A stretch of DNA of 64,000 nucleotides from Basidiobolus meristosporus CBS 931.73 (lineage: Eukaryota; Fungi; Basidiobolomycota): NCBI GenBank assembly GCA_002104905.1, contig MCFE01000071.1, positions 1-64,000 of the forward strand. Direction: 5' to 3'. Below are positions 26,831-39,633 of the stretch, one piece after another. The position numbers and the translations under genes were made by a program. The notes below the pieces were generated by a model that ran no database searches, was not told where the DNA came from, and worked only from the letters and a program-made list of their open reading frames with translations. Within the stretch, counting starts at the first letter, position 1. Each line of letters begins with the position of its first letter.

Positions 26831-27129
26831 TTGAACTATGCTGGTTCCTAGATAAACACCATGACACCCTATGAAAAATTACTTGGTCCCACAGGTGGAT
26901 CCAATCCGGATCAGCTGTCAGCTAAGTGTCATAATACTGGCAAGGTGGATTTCTTCTCCCTCTCAATGGACTTACAGCATGGTCTTGCGGGTGGTTTGCT
27001 GCCTGGACTGTCCAATAGAGTAAGAAGCTTGATGGTGGTTTGACAGTCTTCTGGTGGGCTTCTTATGGCTTTGTGATGAACATATCATGGCCAACAACAT
27101 TCTGGCAGTACTAAGCTGGCCAATCTATA

Positions 27130-27800
27130 TAATCACCCTTCGATGGTAAAATATCTGACAGATATTTTGGGTTGTAACCCTTGTGGAGATATTGGAAGTG
27201 ATCTGGGAAAGTAAGTAGACTATGTGGTGTTACTTGATGATTTGTTGAATGTAAAAGCAGTACTTCCACTATCACAATGTCCTGGCAAACCAAGGTTGTG
27301 GAGCATGTCTGGAAAGGTCTCAAGACCATGTGTGCAATGTTTGGCACTGCTTGGACAACTTTGAAATTTCAAAAGACTATAACTCAGGTGACCAAGTAAG
27401 GTGAATATTTGGGTGTAATTACAAAACTTGCCCCACTCTCCCTCAGCTAAATATTCATATATACCCAATGGTAATCTAAGATATTTCAATTTGTCCTTGG
27501 CCAACTGGTTTGTCAGTGTGTCAGCCATCATTTTATATGTAGGAGAGTAAGCCAAGTTAACCAAGTTATTTTCTATAGCTTTGGGGGTGAAATAACACCT
27601 AACATCCATGTGCTTAGCTCTAGAATGAAAAGTTGAACCTCTACCTAGTTATATATAGCCTCCAATATCTTAAAATAAGAGAGTAGGGCTTTTTCCTATA
27701 ATCTCTTGTCTTCAAAGTGCCATCTTAGTCACATTAACTCTTTGTAGCCTCACATGCTGCCAGACACCCTGCCCCTGTGGTAGGAAGTGTTACTGCTGGT
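27130..27800 (-). mobile_element. Decayed Ty1/copia 3' end (RNase H C-terminus plus LTR remnant)
   Basis: ORF 27220-27609 (KAIENNLVNLAYSPT...ADTLTNQLAKDKLKYLR) matches the end of the copia pol at 35300-35459. Degenerate reverse-complement LTR lies to its left. Confidence 0.7.
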
Positions 27801-27819
27801 AGCTCACTTGAATTTCATC

Positions 27820-28620
27820 AGATTGTTTTGTAAGAGTTTTAGATGTATTAGAAGTGATTGAGAGAACAAGTAGATTTTATGGCTTTCACTTAATCATTTA
27901 CTGAATATAAAAATTATATTTACACTTTTACATGGCTTTGGCAATACAAACACATAAAATATGCTTAAAAAGGTTGCAGGAGTATTGTACCAAGCTTGGG
28001 GGTGCTTGGACAGTATTGAGAAACATCATGTTCTGGGTACCTTATATTTGGTGAAAATATTTTTGGTAAATCCCAGCTAGAAACTTGCTCTGCACAGAAC
28101 GCTTTTCACAGAATTAAATCAATGTGACTAATTTAGCATGAGTATTCAGGTTACAACCTAATAATTGCAACACTAATTCTGATCTGAGATACTCAAATTT
28201 GTCTCTAGCCAATGGTTTGGCAAATATATTGGCAATCATTTCATCTGTAGGACTGTAAACCAAGTTATTCTCTGGGGCATCATGCATGACTTGATGTCTA
28301 ATATCTATATGCGTAGTACTCACATGAAAAGTTGGACTTTCACCTAATTGTATACTTCCTCAATTACCTTGAAATGATACAGTGGAGTACTTTGGCATAA
28401 GCCTAAGTCTTTAACAGCTTTCTTAGCCACATTGCCTCTTTTGTAGTTGCACAGGCTGCTATATACTCTGTCTCTATGTGGAAGTGCGACAGTCAGTTGC
28501 TTTCTTGAATTCCATGAGATTGCTCCTTTATACCATATGAACAATGATATGGTCCTGCAGGCAGAAATGATCCACATCAGCTACTAAGATTCTGCATGCA
28601 GGCCAATATAATGCCAGCTA
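27820..28620 (-). mobile_element. Second decayed Ty1/copia 3' end (RNase H plus LTR remnant)
   Basis: HIDIRH...IANIFAKPLARDKFEYLRS and YKGAISWNSRKQ fragments. LTR-like sequence at about 27820-28140. Confidence 0.72.
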
Positions 28621-28685
28621 CTTGGAATTCTTGACCCTCTTTACAATCTCAAGGCAGGGTTGTGTTGTTGTTTTACTGCATTTAC

Positions 28686-29903
28686 TCCCAATGAGAAATA
28701 ACAGCGGTGCTCCTGTCAAAAGGCCAACACAAAACTTAAATCTCATGACTAAGAGGTAATGATGCCATTAGGACACTGTGCAAATACCACTTAAAAATTG
28801 CATCTCAGATTTCACAAGAAATTTAGTCAAAGCTTTTGATCACAGCAATACAGTAGTAGCTTCTGATTGGTTCTCTGTTAAATCTCCCACTTTCTGATCC
28901 CAGACACTCAATCACCTTATATGCTTGTGAACATTGATTGGCTATTGCCCCTTTTTCACACTGCTTACTTCCTGACTCAGCCAGTGCACTTACTCTTCAT
29001 GGATACAAACTGATTTATTACCATTGAAGTTTCAGTTGTAACTCAATTACCAATTGTACAGACCTATACAAGTCCCTATACCTAACACTAACATTAGGCC
29101 CAACTTCATACTTAACAAGTGGCTTCATCAAATTCTACCATTCAGCATGTATTTCTGTCATAGCAGCTTTATTCCATGATTTTGGTGGGAGCCCAATGGC
29201 TTTATGCCATTATTCATTCACTGGTTCCTATACATCCTGGTCTTCAGCCAGTACTACAAGGTCTAGCACCTCCTCTGCCAGTCTTTGTATTAAATCCCAG
29301 CAATATTCAAGTACATTTTCCTGGGTACTGCTCTTGAAGAAGTGTTGCAAGCACTTGGTGAACCTATTAATGTACCAAAATCTCACTGTAGGCATGGTGA
29401 GAGTCCCATATTTCCTGATGTTGTTGCTTTGTCTGTCATTGGGATCTCCTCTTGGTCTACAACAGAGGATGTGGAGGCAGTGGTAGACAGATTGCCTTTC
29501 TCTGCAAGCTCATCTACCCTGCTAGGGTGTAGCTCAGCTGGCTGCACTTCTTACTCTTAAGAAAGTGGCTGTTGTCATCTCCGTAGTGCTTCTGGGGCTG
29601 TTCTGGGCTGAAGGCATGGATTAGTGAGAGTTGCAATTCTTTTCTCACCATTCCCTGTCTTTGACTGAGATAAACTTCTCTCTCTTTACCTTTGCCCTTA
29701 TCACTGCCAGGTCTTTCACTGCTACTTCTATTGAGTGCTTCTAGTAATGTAATATAATTACTCCTTAATAAATGCTGCATTGGTGCATGCATTCTGTCTG
29801 CTTGCCCCTACAGGCACTCTTCTGGCTACCTGATATTTCCTTGCCACTTGTTTTAAGCTTTCAGCCCCACATGTTACAGGTCCCTGAGGAAGCCACTGGT
29901 TTT
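28686..29903 (-). repeat. Unclassified repeat family X copy, cut on the right by an old copia LTR
   Basis: Reverse-complement homologue of about 44810-46253. Shared antisense ORFs MALCHYSFTGS (29196) and MALCHCSFTDS (45742). Confidence 0.75.
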
Positions 29904-29981
29904 TGTTGTAAAAGTTTGCAATGCCACCAAAATATTTGCCTAACATAGTCACTTAGATCATTACCTCAAAATCCTAGAGAA

Positions 29982-30330
29982 TGTTGTAAGAGTCTTGGAG
30001 ATATTGGAAGTGATTTGGAGAACAAGTAGATTATGTGGTTTTCACTTAATGATCTATTGAATGTAAAAGTAGTATTTATACTTTTACCTGGTCTTGGCAT
30101 TACAAACACGTAGAATAGGTTAAGGAAGGTCCCAAGAACATGTGTGCAAAGTTTGGGGCTGTTTGGACAACTTTGAGAGTTTTCATGTTCTGGGTACCTC
30201 GTATTTTGGTGAAAATATTCTAAGTAAATCCCAACAAGGAATTTGGTCAGTATTCTCTAGGATTTGAAGGTGATGATCTAAGTGACTAAGTTAGGTAAAT
30301 ATTTAGGTGGAATTCTGAATTTTTACAACA
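29982..30330 (-). mobile_element. Ty1/copia solo LTR (349 bp), antisense, TSD GAGAA
   Basis: Reverse complement of LTR 31135-31483, TG...CA ends, GAGAA at 29977-29981 and 30331-30335. Confidence 0.93.
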
Positions 30331-31134
30331 GAGAATACTGACCAAATTCCTTGTTGGGATTTACTAAGAATATTTTCACCAAAATACCAGGTACCCAGAA
30401 CATGAAAATTCTCAAAGTTGTCCAAACAGCCCCAAAATTTGCACACATGTTCTTGGGACCTTCCTCAGCCTATTCTACATGTTTGTATTGCCAAGACCAC
30501 GGAAAAGTGTAAATATTACTTTTACATTCAATATATCATAAAGTGAAAACCACATAATCTACTTGTTCTCTCAATTACTTCCAATATCTCCAAGACTCTT
30601 GCAACTGGTCATGAGCCCAAAGCTGTCACTCTCTGCAATGTCCACTACTGCTATTACTGGTATTTATCCCTCTGCTGAAAAGTTGGATGGATCAAACTAC
30701 CAAGTGTGGAAGGTGAAGATGAAGATGCTGCTACAAGAAAGAGGCCTTTGGGATATTGTCATGGAAGAAGAATGCCCTCCTAAAAACATGGGAGAGGAAT
30801 TCTCAAAGTAGCAGAAGTAAGAAAAAAGTGCCTTAACTGCATTTGCCTTAATGTCAAAGACAAATTGCTAATTCAATGCTCAAGAGAAAAGTGGCAGAGA
30901 ATGCCTGGAAGGCATTAGAAGACACCTACCAGTCATGATCAGCTGCCAATAAAATGTATTTAGAAAAAAATTCTTTACTACAAAGATGCTGCCAGGAGAA
31001 GATATGAAAAATCTAAACAACACAATTACCCTGCTGCAGGATGAGACAGAATCTGTGGGTCTACTAACTACTTATGAGGATGGGATAGCAACCTTCCCAA
31101 ATAGTTTGACAGACATGTTTTAGGGCCTTGTATC

Positions 31135-34100
31135 TGTTGTAAAAATTTGTATTTCCACCTAAATATTCACCTAACTTAGTCACTTAGATCATCACCTTCA
31201 AATCCTAGAGAATACTGACCAAATTCCTTGTTGGGATTTACTTAGAATATTTTCACCAAAATACGAGGTACCCAGAACATGAAAACTCTCAAAGTTGTCC
31301 AAACAGCCCCAAACTTTGCACACATGTTCTTGAGACCTTCCTTAACCTATTATATGTGTTTGTAATGCCAAGACCAGGTAAAAGTATAAATACTACTCTT
31401 ACATTCAATAGATCATTAAGTGAAAACCACATAATCTACTTGTTCTCCAAATCACTTCCAATATCTCCAAGACTCTTACAACAGGTTATGAGCCCCAAGC
31501 TGTCACTCTCTGCAATGTCTACTACTGCTATTACTGGAATTTTTCCCTCTGCTGAAAAGTTGGATGGATCTAACTACCAAGTGTGGAAGGTGAAGATGAA
31601 GATGCTGCTACAAGAAAGAGGCCTTTGGGATATTGTCATGGGAGAAGAATGCCCTCCTAAAAATGTGGGAGAGGAAGCCTTAAAGTACCAGAAGAAAGAA
31701 CAAAGTGCCTTTAACTGCATTTGCCTTAATGTCAAGGACAAATTGCTAATTCAATGCTCATGAGCAAAAACGGCAAAGAATGCCTGGAGAGCATTAGAAG
31801 ACACCTACCAGTCATGTTCAGCTGCCAAGAAAATGTATCTGAGACAAAAATTCTTTACTACAAAGATGCTGCCAGGAGAAGAAATGAAAAATCTAATTAA
31901 CAGAATTACCCTGCTGGTAGATGAGATGGAATCTGTGGGCGTACCAACTACTGATGAGGATGTGATAGTTACCATCCTGAATAGCCTGACAGACAAGTTT
32001 CAGGGCCTTGTATCAGCCCTAGAGTCCAGAACTGAAGATTTGACCTTAAATTACGTGTATGGAAGGCTCCTGGATGAAGAATTAAGAAAATCAAGCACAA
32101 ATAAGAAGGAAGAAGAAAATGCTTTAATAAGCAATGATAACCAACAAAGGAGGTACCCAAGACCCTACAAAGGCAACAGCAACCTATTTTGCAACTACTG
32201 CAAAAGGAAAGGACACACAGCAGACCGGTGTCTCAAAAAGAAAGATAATCAGCAAAAGAAGCCTGAATATGGAAATGCTGCAACAACTGAAGATAGACTA
32301 TTCATATCTGCACTAAATATGACCACAAACAAGGATTCTCAGACGTGGTATATTGACTCTAGAGCTTCTCAACACTTTACACACCAAAAAGAACTTTTTA
32401 CCCAATATCAAGAAATTCCAATTAAGAAGGTTTTCATGGGTGATGATAGAACACTTGATGCAGTGGGAGAAGGAACTATCCAAGTAAACCTTAGAAGCAG
32501 TGAAGGAAGCCATACACTGACCTTTAAAGAAGTACTCTATGTACCAGAAATAGCCAAGAACCTACTATCTGTAAGCAAGGCCACAGCAGAAGGACTCAGT
32601 TTCAGTTTTGACAATTCTGGGTGCAGGATCACTGATCAAAATGGTGCTCATATTGCTTTGGGCATCAGAGATCAGAATCTATACAAGTGGACTTATATTC
32701 CATCATATCTGGAAGCCAATATAAGTAACTTAAATGAAGAAACACCAATGCTTTGGCACAGGAGATTTGGGCACATCAATTTTGATTATTTGCGCAAAAT
32801 GATCAAAGATAAGCTAATTTCTGGAGTGAAAATTGATCCCCCAGCTATTTTGGAGCACTGTGAAGCCTGAATATATGGGAAACAAGCCAGACAACTGTTC
32901 AAGAGCTCTGGGTTAATCAAAACTAAGAAAAAATTAGATCTAATTCACTCAGATCTGTGTGGACCTATGCAAAATTTATCCTTAGGCGGGATGAAGTATT
33001 TAATCACTTTTATTGATGATTATACAAGATACACATGGGTCTACTTCATGGAGAGAAAGAAAGAAGCTCTGTATAAGCTCAGGGAGTTTAAAGCCATGGT
33101 GGAGAGAGAAACTGGTGAAAAAATCAAGAAAATACACTATGACAATGGTGGAGAATATACCTCAAAACTCTTCATCCACTTCTGCAAAATTCATGGGATA
33201 AAGCAAGAGACTACTGTAGCATACTCCCCACAGCAAAATGGAGTAGCAGAACAAGCTAACAGATCAATAATTGATATGGCAAGATCTATGATCCATGATC
33301 AAAAATTATCCTATGATTTTTGGGCAGAATCAGTTGCCACTGCTGTATACCTTAAAAATAGGAGTTATAACAGAATACTTTGTGATTCTACTCCATTTGA
33401 AGCATGGTATGGATGTAGACCAAGTGCAGAACATCTAAGAATATTTGGGTGTACAGCACATGCCAAAAAACTGGCCGGAAATCAGTCAAAATTTGAGCCA
33501 AAAAGTGTAAAATGCATATTTTTGGGCTACTGCAATGAGAGTAAGGCATACAGACTCTACAATACCAAAGCAAAGAAGCTGATCAAGTCCAGGGATGTGT
33601 TGTTTGATGAAAATCCAAAATTTTCACAAAAAATGACATCAGATGATGACAAAAATTTGATCTCAAGTCCACCAATTGTCAGGATTGAATCAGAGCAAAA
33701 CAATGAAAATTTTTTCACTCCAGAGGACGCTACAACCATGGTTCAGCCATAATCAGTGCCCAGGAATATCCCAGAAGTGATCATTCCAGTATCAAATGCC
33801 CCAAGATCCAATTGAACAAGAAATAGCCCAAATTATTATATCAATGAGGGTACAAACTTAGCCTATGCCTATTCAGTCCATATTGATGAGCCCCAGACTG
33901 TAAAAGAGGCCCTAAATAGCCCTCAGACAAAGTTTTGGAGATCTGCAATGACTGAGGAATATCAGGCCCTGATGGAAAATCAAACTTGGGAGTTAGTCAA
34001 ATTACCAATCAACCAAAAATCAATTGGATGCAGATGGGTCTTCAAGACAAAATACAAGGCTGATGGTACAATTGAAAGATACAAAGCAAGACTTGTAGCC

Positions 34101-35819
34101 AAAGGATACTCTCAAACAAAAGGACTTGACTATACTGAGACCTTTGCACCGGTAGCCAAGTTTAACTCCATCAGATTAATATTGGCTATTGCAGCCAAAT
34201 ATAAGTTTTTTATTCATCAAATGGATGTAAAAACTGCATTTTTGAATGGAGAACTTCATGAGGACATGTATATGGACCAGCCTGATGGGTTTGTTGACCA
34301 AGATAACCCCCATTTGGTCTGCAAGCATCAAAAGTCACTATATAGTCTCAAACAATCACCAAGAGCCTGGAATTGCAAGATAGATTCTTATTTGGAATCT
34401 TTGAGTCTCAAAAGGAGTAATGCTGACTATAGTATATACTATAAGCCAGATAGAGCAAATCCGGTTCTATTAGCTCTATATGTGGATGATCTTATTATAG
34501 CCACCAATAACCTAGAAACATTGGAAGAGACTAAATCCAGCCTATCTAAGGAGTTCAAGATGTCTGATCTAGGAGAACTTAGTTACTACTTAGGGATTAA
34601 GTTCTCCATAGACAGAAGTACCCAGACTATTACCCTAAGCCAATCCAAGTATATTCAAGATATACTAAAGAAGTACAAAATGGAAGACTGTAAACCGGCA
34701 GCTACCCCAATGGAGACAAGCCTTAACTTGGTCAAAACTCAACCAAATCAGGAGAGCTTGGTGCCATCTGAAAGCCCTGACTTTCCTTATCAATCTATGG
34801 TCGGCAGTCTGATGCATATCATGCTTGGAACACGTTCAGATATCTCATATTCAGTGGGAGTTGTCAGCCAACATAATCAGAACTATGGATCTGATCATAT
34901 TGCAGCAGTTAAGCAGATTTTTAGATACCTAAAAGGAACTGCTGATATCTGCTTAAGATACACTTATAAGGATTCAGAACAGGATCTTGTGGGATACTCT
35001 GATGCTGATTGGGGACAAAATTTGGAAGACAGAAAATCCACCACAGGATACACCTTTCTTTACTATAAAGGAGCAATTTCATGGAATTCAAGAAAGCAAC
35101 CAACCATAGCACTTTCTACTACAGAGGCAGAGTATATGGCAGCCTGTGAAGCTACAAAAGAAGCAATGTGGTTAAGAAAGCTGTTTACAGATTTAGGCCT
35201 ATGTCAAAAAACGCCTATTACTTTATTTCAAGATAATCAAGGATGTATACAATTAGGTAGAAATCCAACTTTTCATGCTAGAACCAAGCACATAGATATT
35301 AGACATCATTTCATACAAGAAGCTATAGAGAATAACTTAGTTAGCTTAGTTTACTGTCCTACAGATGAAATTATTGCAGACATATTTACCAAACCATTAG
35401 CTAGAGACAAGTTTGAATATCTTAGGTCAAAATTAGGACTAGTCAGTATGAACATTTAGCTGAGTGGGAGTGTTGTAAAGATTCATATTTCCACCTAAAT
35501 ATTCACCTAACTTAGTCACTTAGATCATCACCTTCAAATCCTAGAGAATACTGACCAAATTCCTTGTCGGGATTTACTTAGAATATTTTCACCAAAATAC
35601 CAGGTACCCAGAACATGAGAACTCTCAAAGTTGTCCAAACAGCCCCAAACTTTGCACACATGTTCTTGGGACCTTTCTTAACCTATTCTACATGTTTGTA
35701 ATGCCAAGACCAGGTAAAAGTATAAATACTGCTTTTACATTCAATAAATCATTAAGTGAAAACCACATAATCTACTTGTTCTCCAAATCACTTCCAATAT
35801 CTCCAACACTCTTACAACA
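31135..35819 (+). mobile_element. Structurally complete Ty1/copia LTR retrotransposon (4685 bp), TSD GTATC
   Basis: LTRs 31135-31483 and 35471-35819 (349 bp each, about 15 differences counted by eye). PBS GGTTATGAGCCC 31484-31495. PPT TGAGTGGGAG 35461-35470. TSD at 31130-31134 and 35820-35824. Confidence 0.96.
31515..35459 (+). pseudogene. copia gag-pol (gag-PR-IN-RT-RH) in one frame with four premature stops
   Basis: Zinc knuckle CNYCKRKGHTADRC, WYIDSRASQH, HSDLCGPM, DNGGEY, YVDDL and ADIFTKPL. In-frame stops TGA 31761, TGA 32868, TAA 33750 and TGA 33813. No frameshift. Confidence 0.93.
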
Positions 35820-36500
35820 GTATCAGCCCTAGAGTCCAGAGCTGAAGATTTGACCTTAAATTATGTATATGGAAGGCTCCTGGATGAAGAATTAAGAAAA
35901 TTCAGCACCAATTAGATGAATGAAGAAAATGCATTAAAAAGCAATGATAACTAACAAAGAAGATACCCAAGACCTATTAAAGGCAACAACAACCTGTTTG
36001 CAACTACTGCAAAAGCAAAGGACATACATCAGACCAGTGCTTGAAAAAGGGAGATAGTCAGCAGAAAAGCCTGAATACGCAAATGCTGCAACAATTGAAG
36101 ATAGACTAATCATATCTGCACAAAACATGACCAAAAAAAAGGATTCTCAGACATGGTACATCAACTCTGGAGCATCTCAACACCTTACACACCAAAAAGA
36201 ACTTCTTACCCAATATCAAGAAATTCCAATTAAAAAGGTATTCATTGGCGATAATAGAACACTTGATGCAGTGGGAGAAGGTACAGTCCAGGTAAGCCTA
36301 AGAAGCAGTGAAGGAAGCCATACACTGACCTATAAAGCAGTACTCTATGTACCAGAAATAGCCAAGAACCTACTATCTGTAAGCAAGGCCACAGCAGAAG
36401 GACTCAGTTTCAGCTTTGACAATTCTGGATGCAAGATCACTGATCAAAATGGTGCCCATATTGCTTTGGGTAACCCTAACCCTCTTCACATCCATGTTGC

Positions 36501-37300
36501 TGTGGTAGGGTAAACATACCTCCCACAGACAAGTTTATTCATATAGCTATTATGTTGCACATATCCATAGCTTATCTTATCAGTATTATCCCATTCTTCA
36601 CTTGCCCCTATTATTAGTATTGACCCCGTATGATTTTTACCCTGATTAGTTCTTAGCATTAGTTGTCCCAGATGTTATTCAGCTTTGTAATCTGTATATA
36701 TATCTACATTAGGCAAGTACCTGTGTCTGTACCTGTTACACATGACCTAAGTCTGTGTTACCATCCCTACCATTAAAATACCATATATGGCATCTCAATG
36801 TTGCACAGGTTCCAGACTACTGATCCCTGATTAGTTGGATGTGTGTGCCTTTTAGAACCTTCCAGGACCTTCTTGGCATATTTTTAGCTCATAGTGATGT
36901 CATCAGAATTCCACTGATAACTGGAATTTTCTAGAACCTTGTCATTAGTAAGTACTTGGCAATCAGGAAGAGTACTTAAGGGATTAATATCTCATCAATA
37001 AATCATCCCTTCTATCAGTAACACTTCTCCCTTATTGATTAGCAGTTGATCACTGCACCTGCCTTCAACAGTACATCTCAGACCTGCCATCAAGGAGCTT
37101 TTCAGGGTAGTGCACAAGACACACAGAGGCCTTTGGAGACACTTGGAGCACCTTGGAAGCTAGAGAAGCAGGAGCTTTTACCATAGTGACATATTGACAA
37201 AGACACCAGCAGTTTAGACCCAGAGGTTATTGCACCCATCAGACACCTCACACACCTTGAGTTGTGTAGCTTCTCCCATGAGTACCTCTACACCACCACA
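36501..37300 (+). mobile_element. Diverged solo LTR of gypsy family G1, flanks TTGC/ATGC
   Basis: Starts TGTGGTAGGG and ends ACACCACCACA like the other G1 LTRs. Internal blocks align with 49773-50843 but with deletions. Confidence 0.7.
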
Positions 37301-38748
37301 ATGCACTTGAAGGTAGTATTCTTGAGGACATTGGGATATGGATGTACATGCTACTTGTGTTGTCTTCCTATCTCCCTGAACATCCACTCCATATGAAACT
37401 CCCAAAAGGTGTAGCAAGGTCCAATATTCTCAACGCACCAAGCAAGATAAGGTAGCAAATGGATACAGTAGTGGCAGCAATCTATGCATTCAGCTTTATG
37501 CTTGTTGTATAGCTGCTCAATTCCTGTCACACACTCTTTGCACAAAAGCTGTAGATGCATCAAGTTGGCATTGGTGATCTGCTTCTGGATAAGTATTCCT
37601 ACAATGTCCACATATGACTCCCAATGCTTCCAATGTACTCTTGATAGAAATGGCTTCAGAAGGCCACTTGAATAAATACGTATCCAGTTCATCCAGTCCT
37701 TGCACTTCTATTGTTGCATATGCATATGAATGTTAATTGGAGCCTGAGAGAAGTACTCAGGGTAGAGGATACTCTGTGATATCTTGCCAATTCTTCCAAA
37801 TTTCTCTGGTACCTCAAAGGGCTCAATTAACTTGAAAAGCCCCATCTACCACTTGATCTTCAGCATAGGGATATTGTTGAAAAGCAAATGCATTGCTCCC
37901 AATGGACAACTTTTGCTCCAACAGATACCCTCTATCTTAAGTATCTCTAATTTCCAATTGATTCCATATTCAGGCTGATTGCTTATTGCTGGCCAGTTTT
38001 GCTGCAATTGTATGCTGACTTCAGTACATTCTCTCTGCAGAAAGATGATGTTCTTAGTTCAGGTGTTTGGGTAATAATAATGTGTGTGAGTTATGGAGTA
38101 AGTCCCCTGAATCTCACACTTTTGACAGCAATACCATCTATTGTGCCCAGAAAAGCCAGCTGTCTTGTTGATGGCTGGGGTATCTCCAATGAAGATGATA
38201 ATATGTGCTTTTACTTGATGGCTACTCACTGTTATTCTGCTGGAAAGTATACAAAACTCATCCAGCAATAAATACAGGTAGTTATCCTGGCTGGATGGTG
38301 ATTTTGGCTAAGATACCAGTGAGACTACCATCAGATTTATGCTCTAATACTGTAAGATAGGCAGTAGATTCAGGTTGATGAGAACCAGTGGCCAGTAGGA
38401 TTTACTGGTAGAGTACTTGTTTGATGAGAATTCATCAAGTGCCAAGGCAAAGGCATGGTCATGCATACCCTCAAAGTAGCTGTTGCTTCTTAGCTGCTTG
38501 TAATGTTTGCCATCAAATATATCTGATATGTTTGCGCTTGATTAATACTGAGTGCAGTACTTTATAGACTTGTTCCGTTGGATAGTGCCACATAGTGCCA
38601 GCCGGTTTATAGTGCCGGATTGATCTGGCACTCTATGGCACTATCTGGCACTATAATTTCTACCATGATGCCAGTGGTATGATACAGTTACTGGTAATTT
38701 TACTCAATCTTACTTATGTTGCTCAGAATAGTGCTTTCCTTGCTTTAT

Positions 38749-39633
38749 TTACTCTTCATAATGCTCCAGACACATTTCTCTCAGTGGATGTCTTCTTGTA
38801 TGAACATACTGTGCATTAATAAGTATCTTAACTATTTTACCTATTCTGCTGTTTTCACCTATATATGACTTTCCTCTGTATTTACCTGCCAATATGCTGA
38901 ATCTCTTCAGATATCCAAATGTGTGCTCTACCCTTACTCTGAAATGATTAAATATCTCATTGTAGAGCTTCTGCTTCCTGCTAAGCACACCATTCCTTGG
39001 CTTCCTATAAGCTGTAATACATCCTAATCTCTGACAATCCTCTCCTATATAGGCCAAGTCTGCCATACATTTCTCCCCTCTACTGAATTCAGGATGATTC
39101 TCTACCCAGAGTGCTTTGTCATGCCTACTTCCAGCAAATGGCCCACTAAACCAGATGATGTTACCCTCAATGTCAGACAGTGCTTGAAACTTCACACAGT
39201 GTGCCTTGTACTTGCCAGAATAAAAGTGCCTCTGCCCTCTAGAAGGTCTGTTAATCCTCACTGGGAAGGTATCCAAAATACTCCTGATACGGAACCTGTT
39301 GCTGAACACTCTGGGATATGGAAGTCTATTGGAGCTTCTGAACCTAGTATTCCAAGCTTGCTCTAAGTCATTCATACCCTCTGCAAGGTGGTTCTCCATT
39401 GCTGTCAGCTGGGAATGAAAGCTTCTAGGACTTTTGTTGCCATGGATGGTGGGATGAAACCTTGTAGGGCAATAGTTCTTGTAATAGCAGAGAAGCTTAA
39501 CAAGGGATCTCCTTGAGTAGATTGGGGTTAATGGTCCACAGTACTTGGAATAGATCTCCTCCAGTGTGTCAAAAGGAAATCCAGTGGTAGTGATGGGATT
39601 GATGAGAAAAGACCATTCAGATGAGTAAGTCAT
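38749..39633 (-). CDS. DDE_Tnp_4-type transposase, intact, intronless, 294 aa
   Basis: ILDTFPVRINRP, YSGKYKAHCVKFQ, GSRHD, ADLAYIG and RVRVEHTFGYLKRFSIL catalytic-core motifs. Confidence 0.88.
   Translation of the reverse strand: MTYSSEWSFLINPITTTGFPFDTLEEIYSKYCGPLTPIYSRRSLVKLLCYYKNYCPTRFHPTIHGNKSPRSFHSQLTAMENHLAEGMNDLEQAWNTRFRSSNRLPYPRVFSNRFRIRSILDTFPVRINRPSRGQRHFYSGKYKAHCVKFQALSDIEGNIIWFSGPFAGSRHDKALWVENHPEFSRGEKCMADLAYIGEDCQRLGCITAYRKPRNGVLSRKQKLYNEIFNHFRVRVEHTFGYLKRFSILAGKYRGKSYIGENSRIGKIVKILINAQYVHTRRHPLREMCLEHYEE

Larger units (their letters stand above)
29904..36470 (+). mobile_element. Old, 3'-truncated Ty1/copia copy hosting two younger insertions of its own family
   Basis: 5' LTR 29904-~30606 split by a solo LTR. 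PBS GGTCATGAGCCC at 30607. Degraded gag 30638-31134 resumes at 35820 and runs to 36470. Confidence 0.85.
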
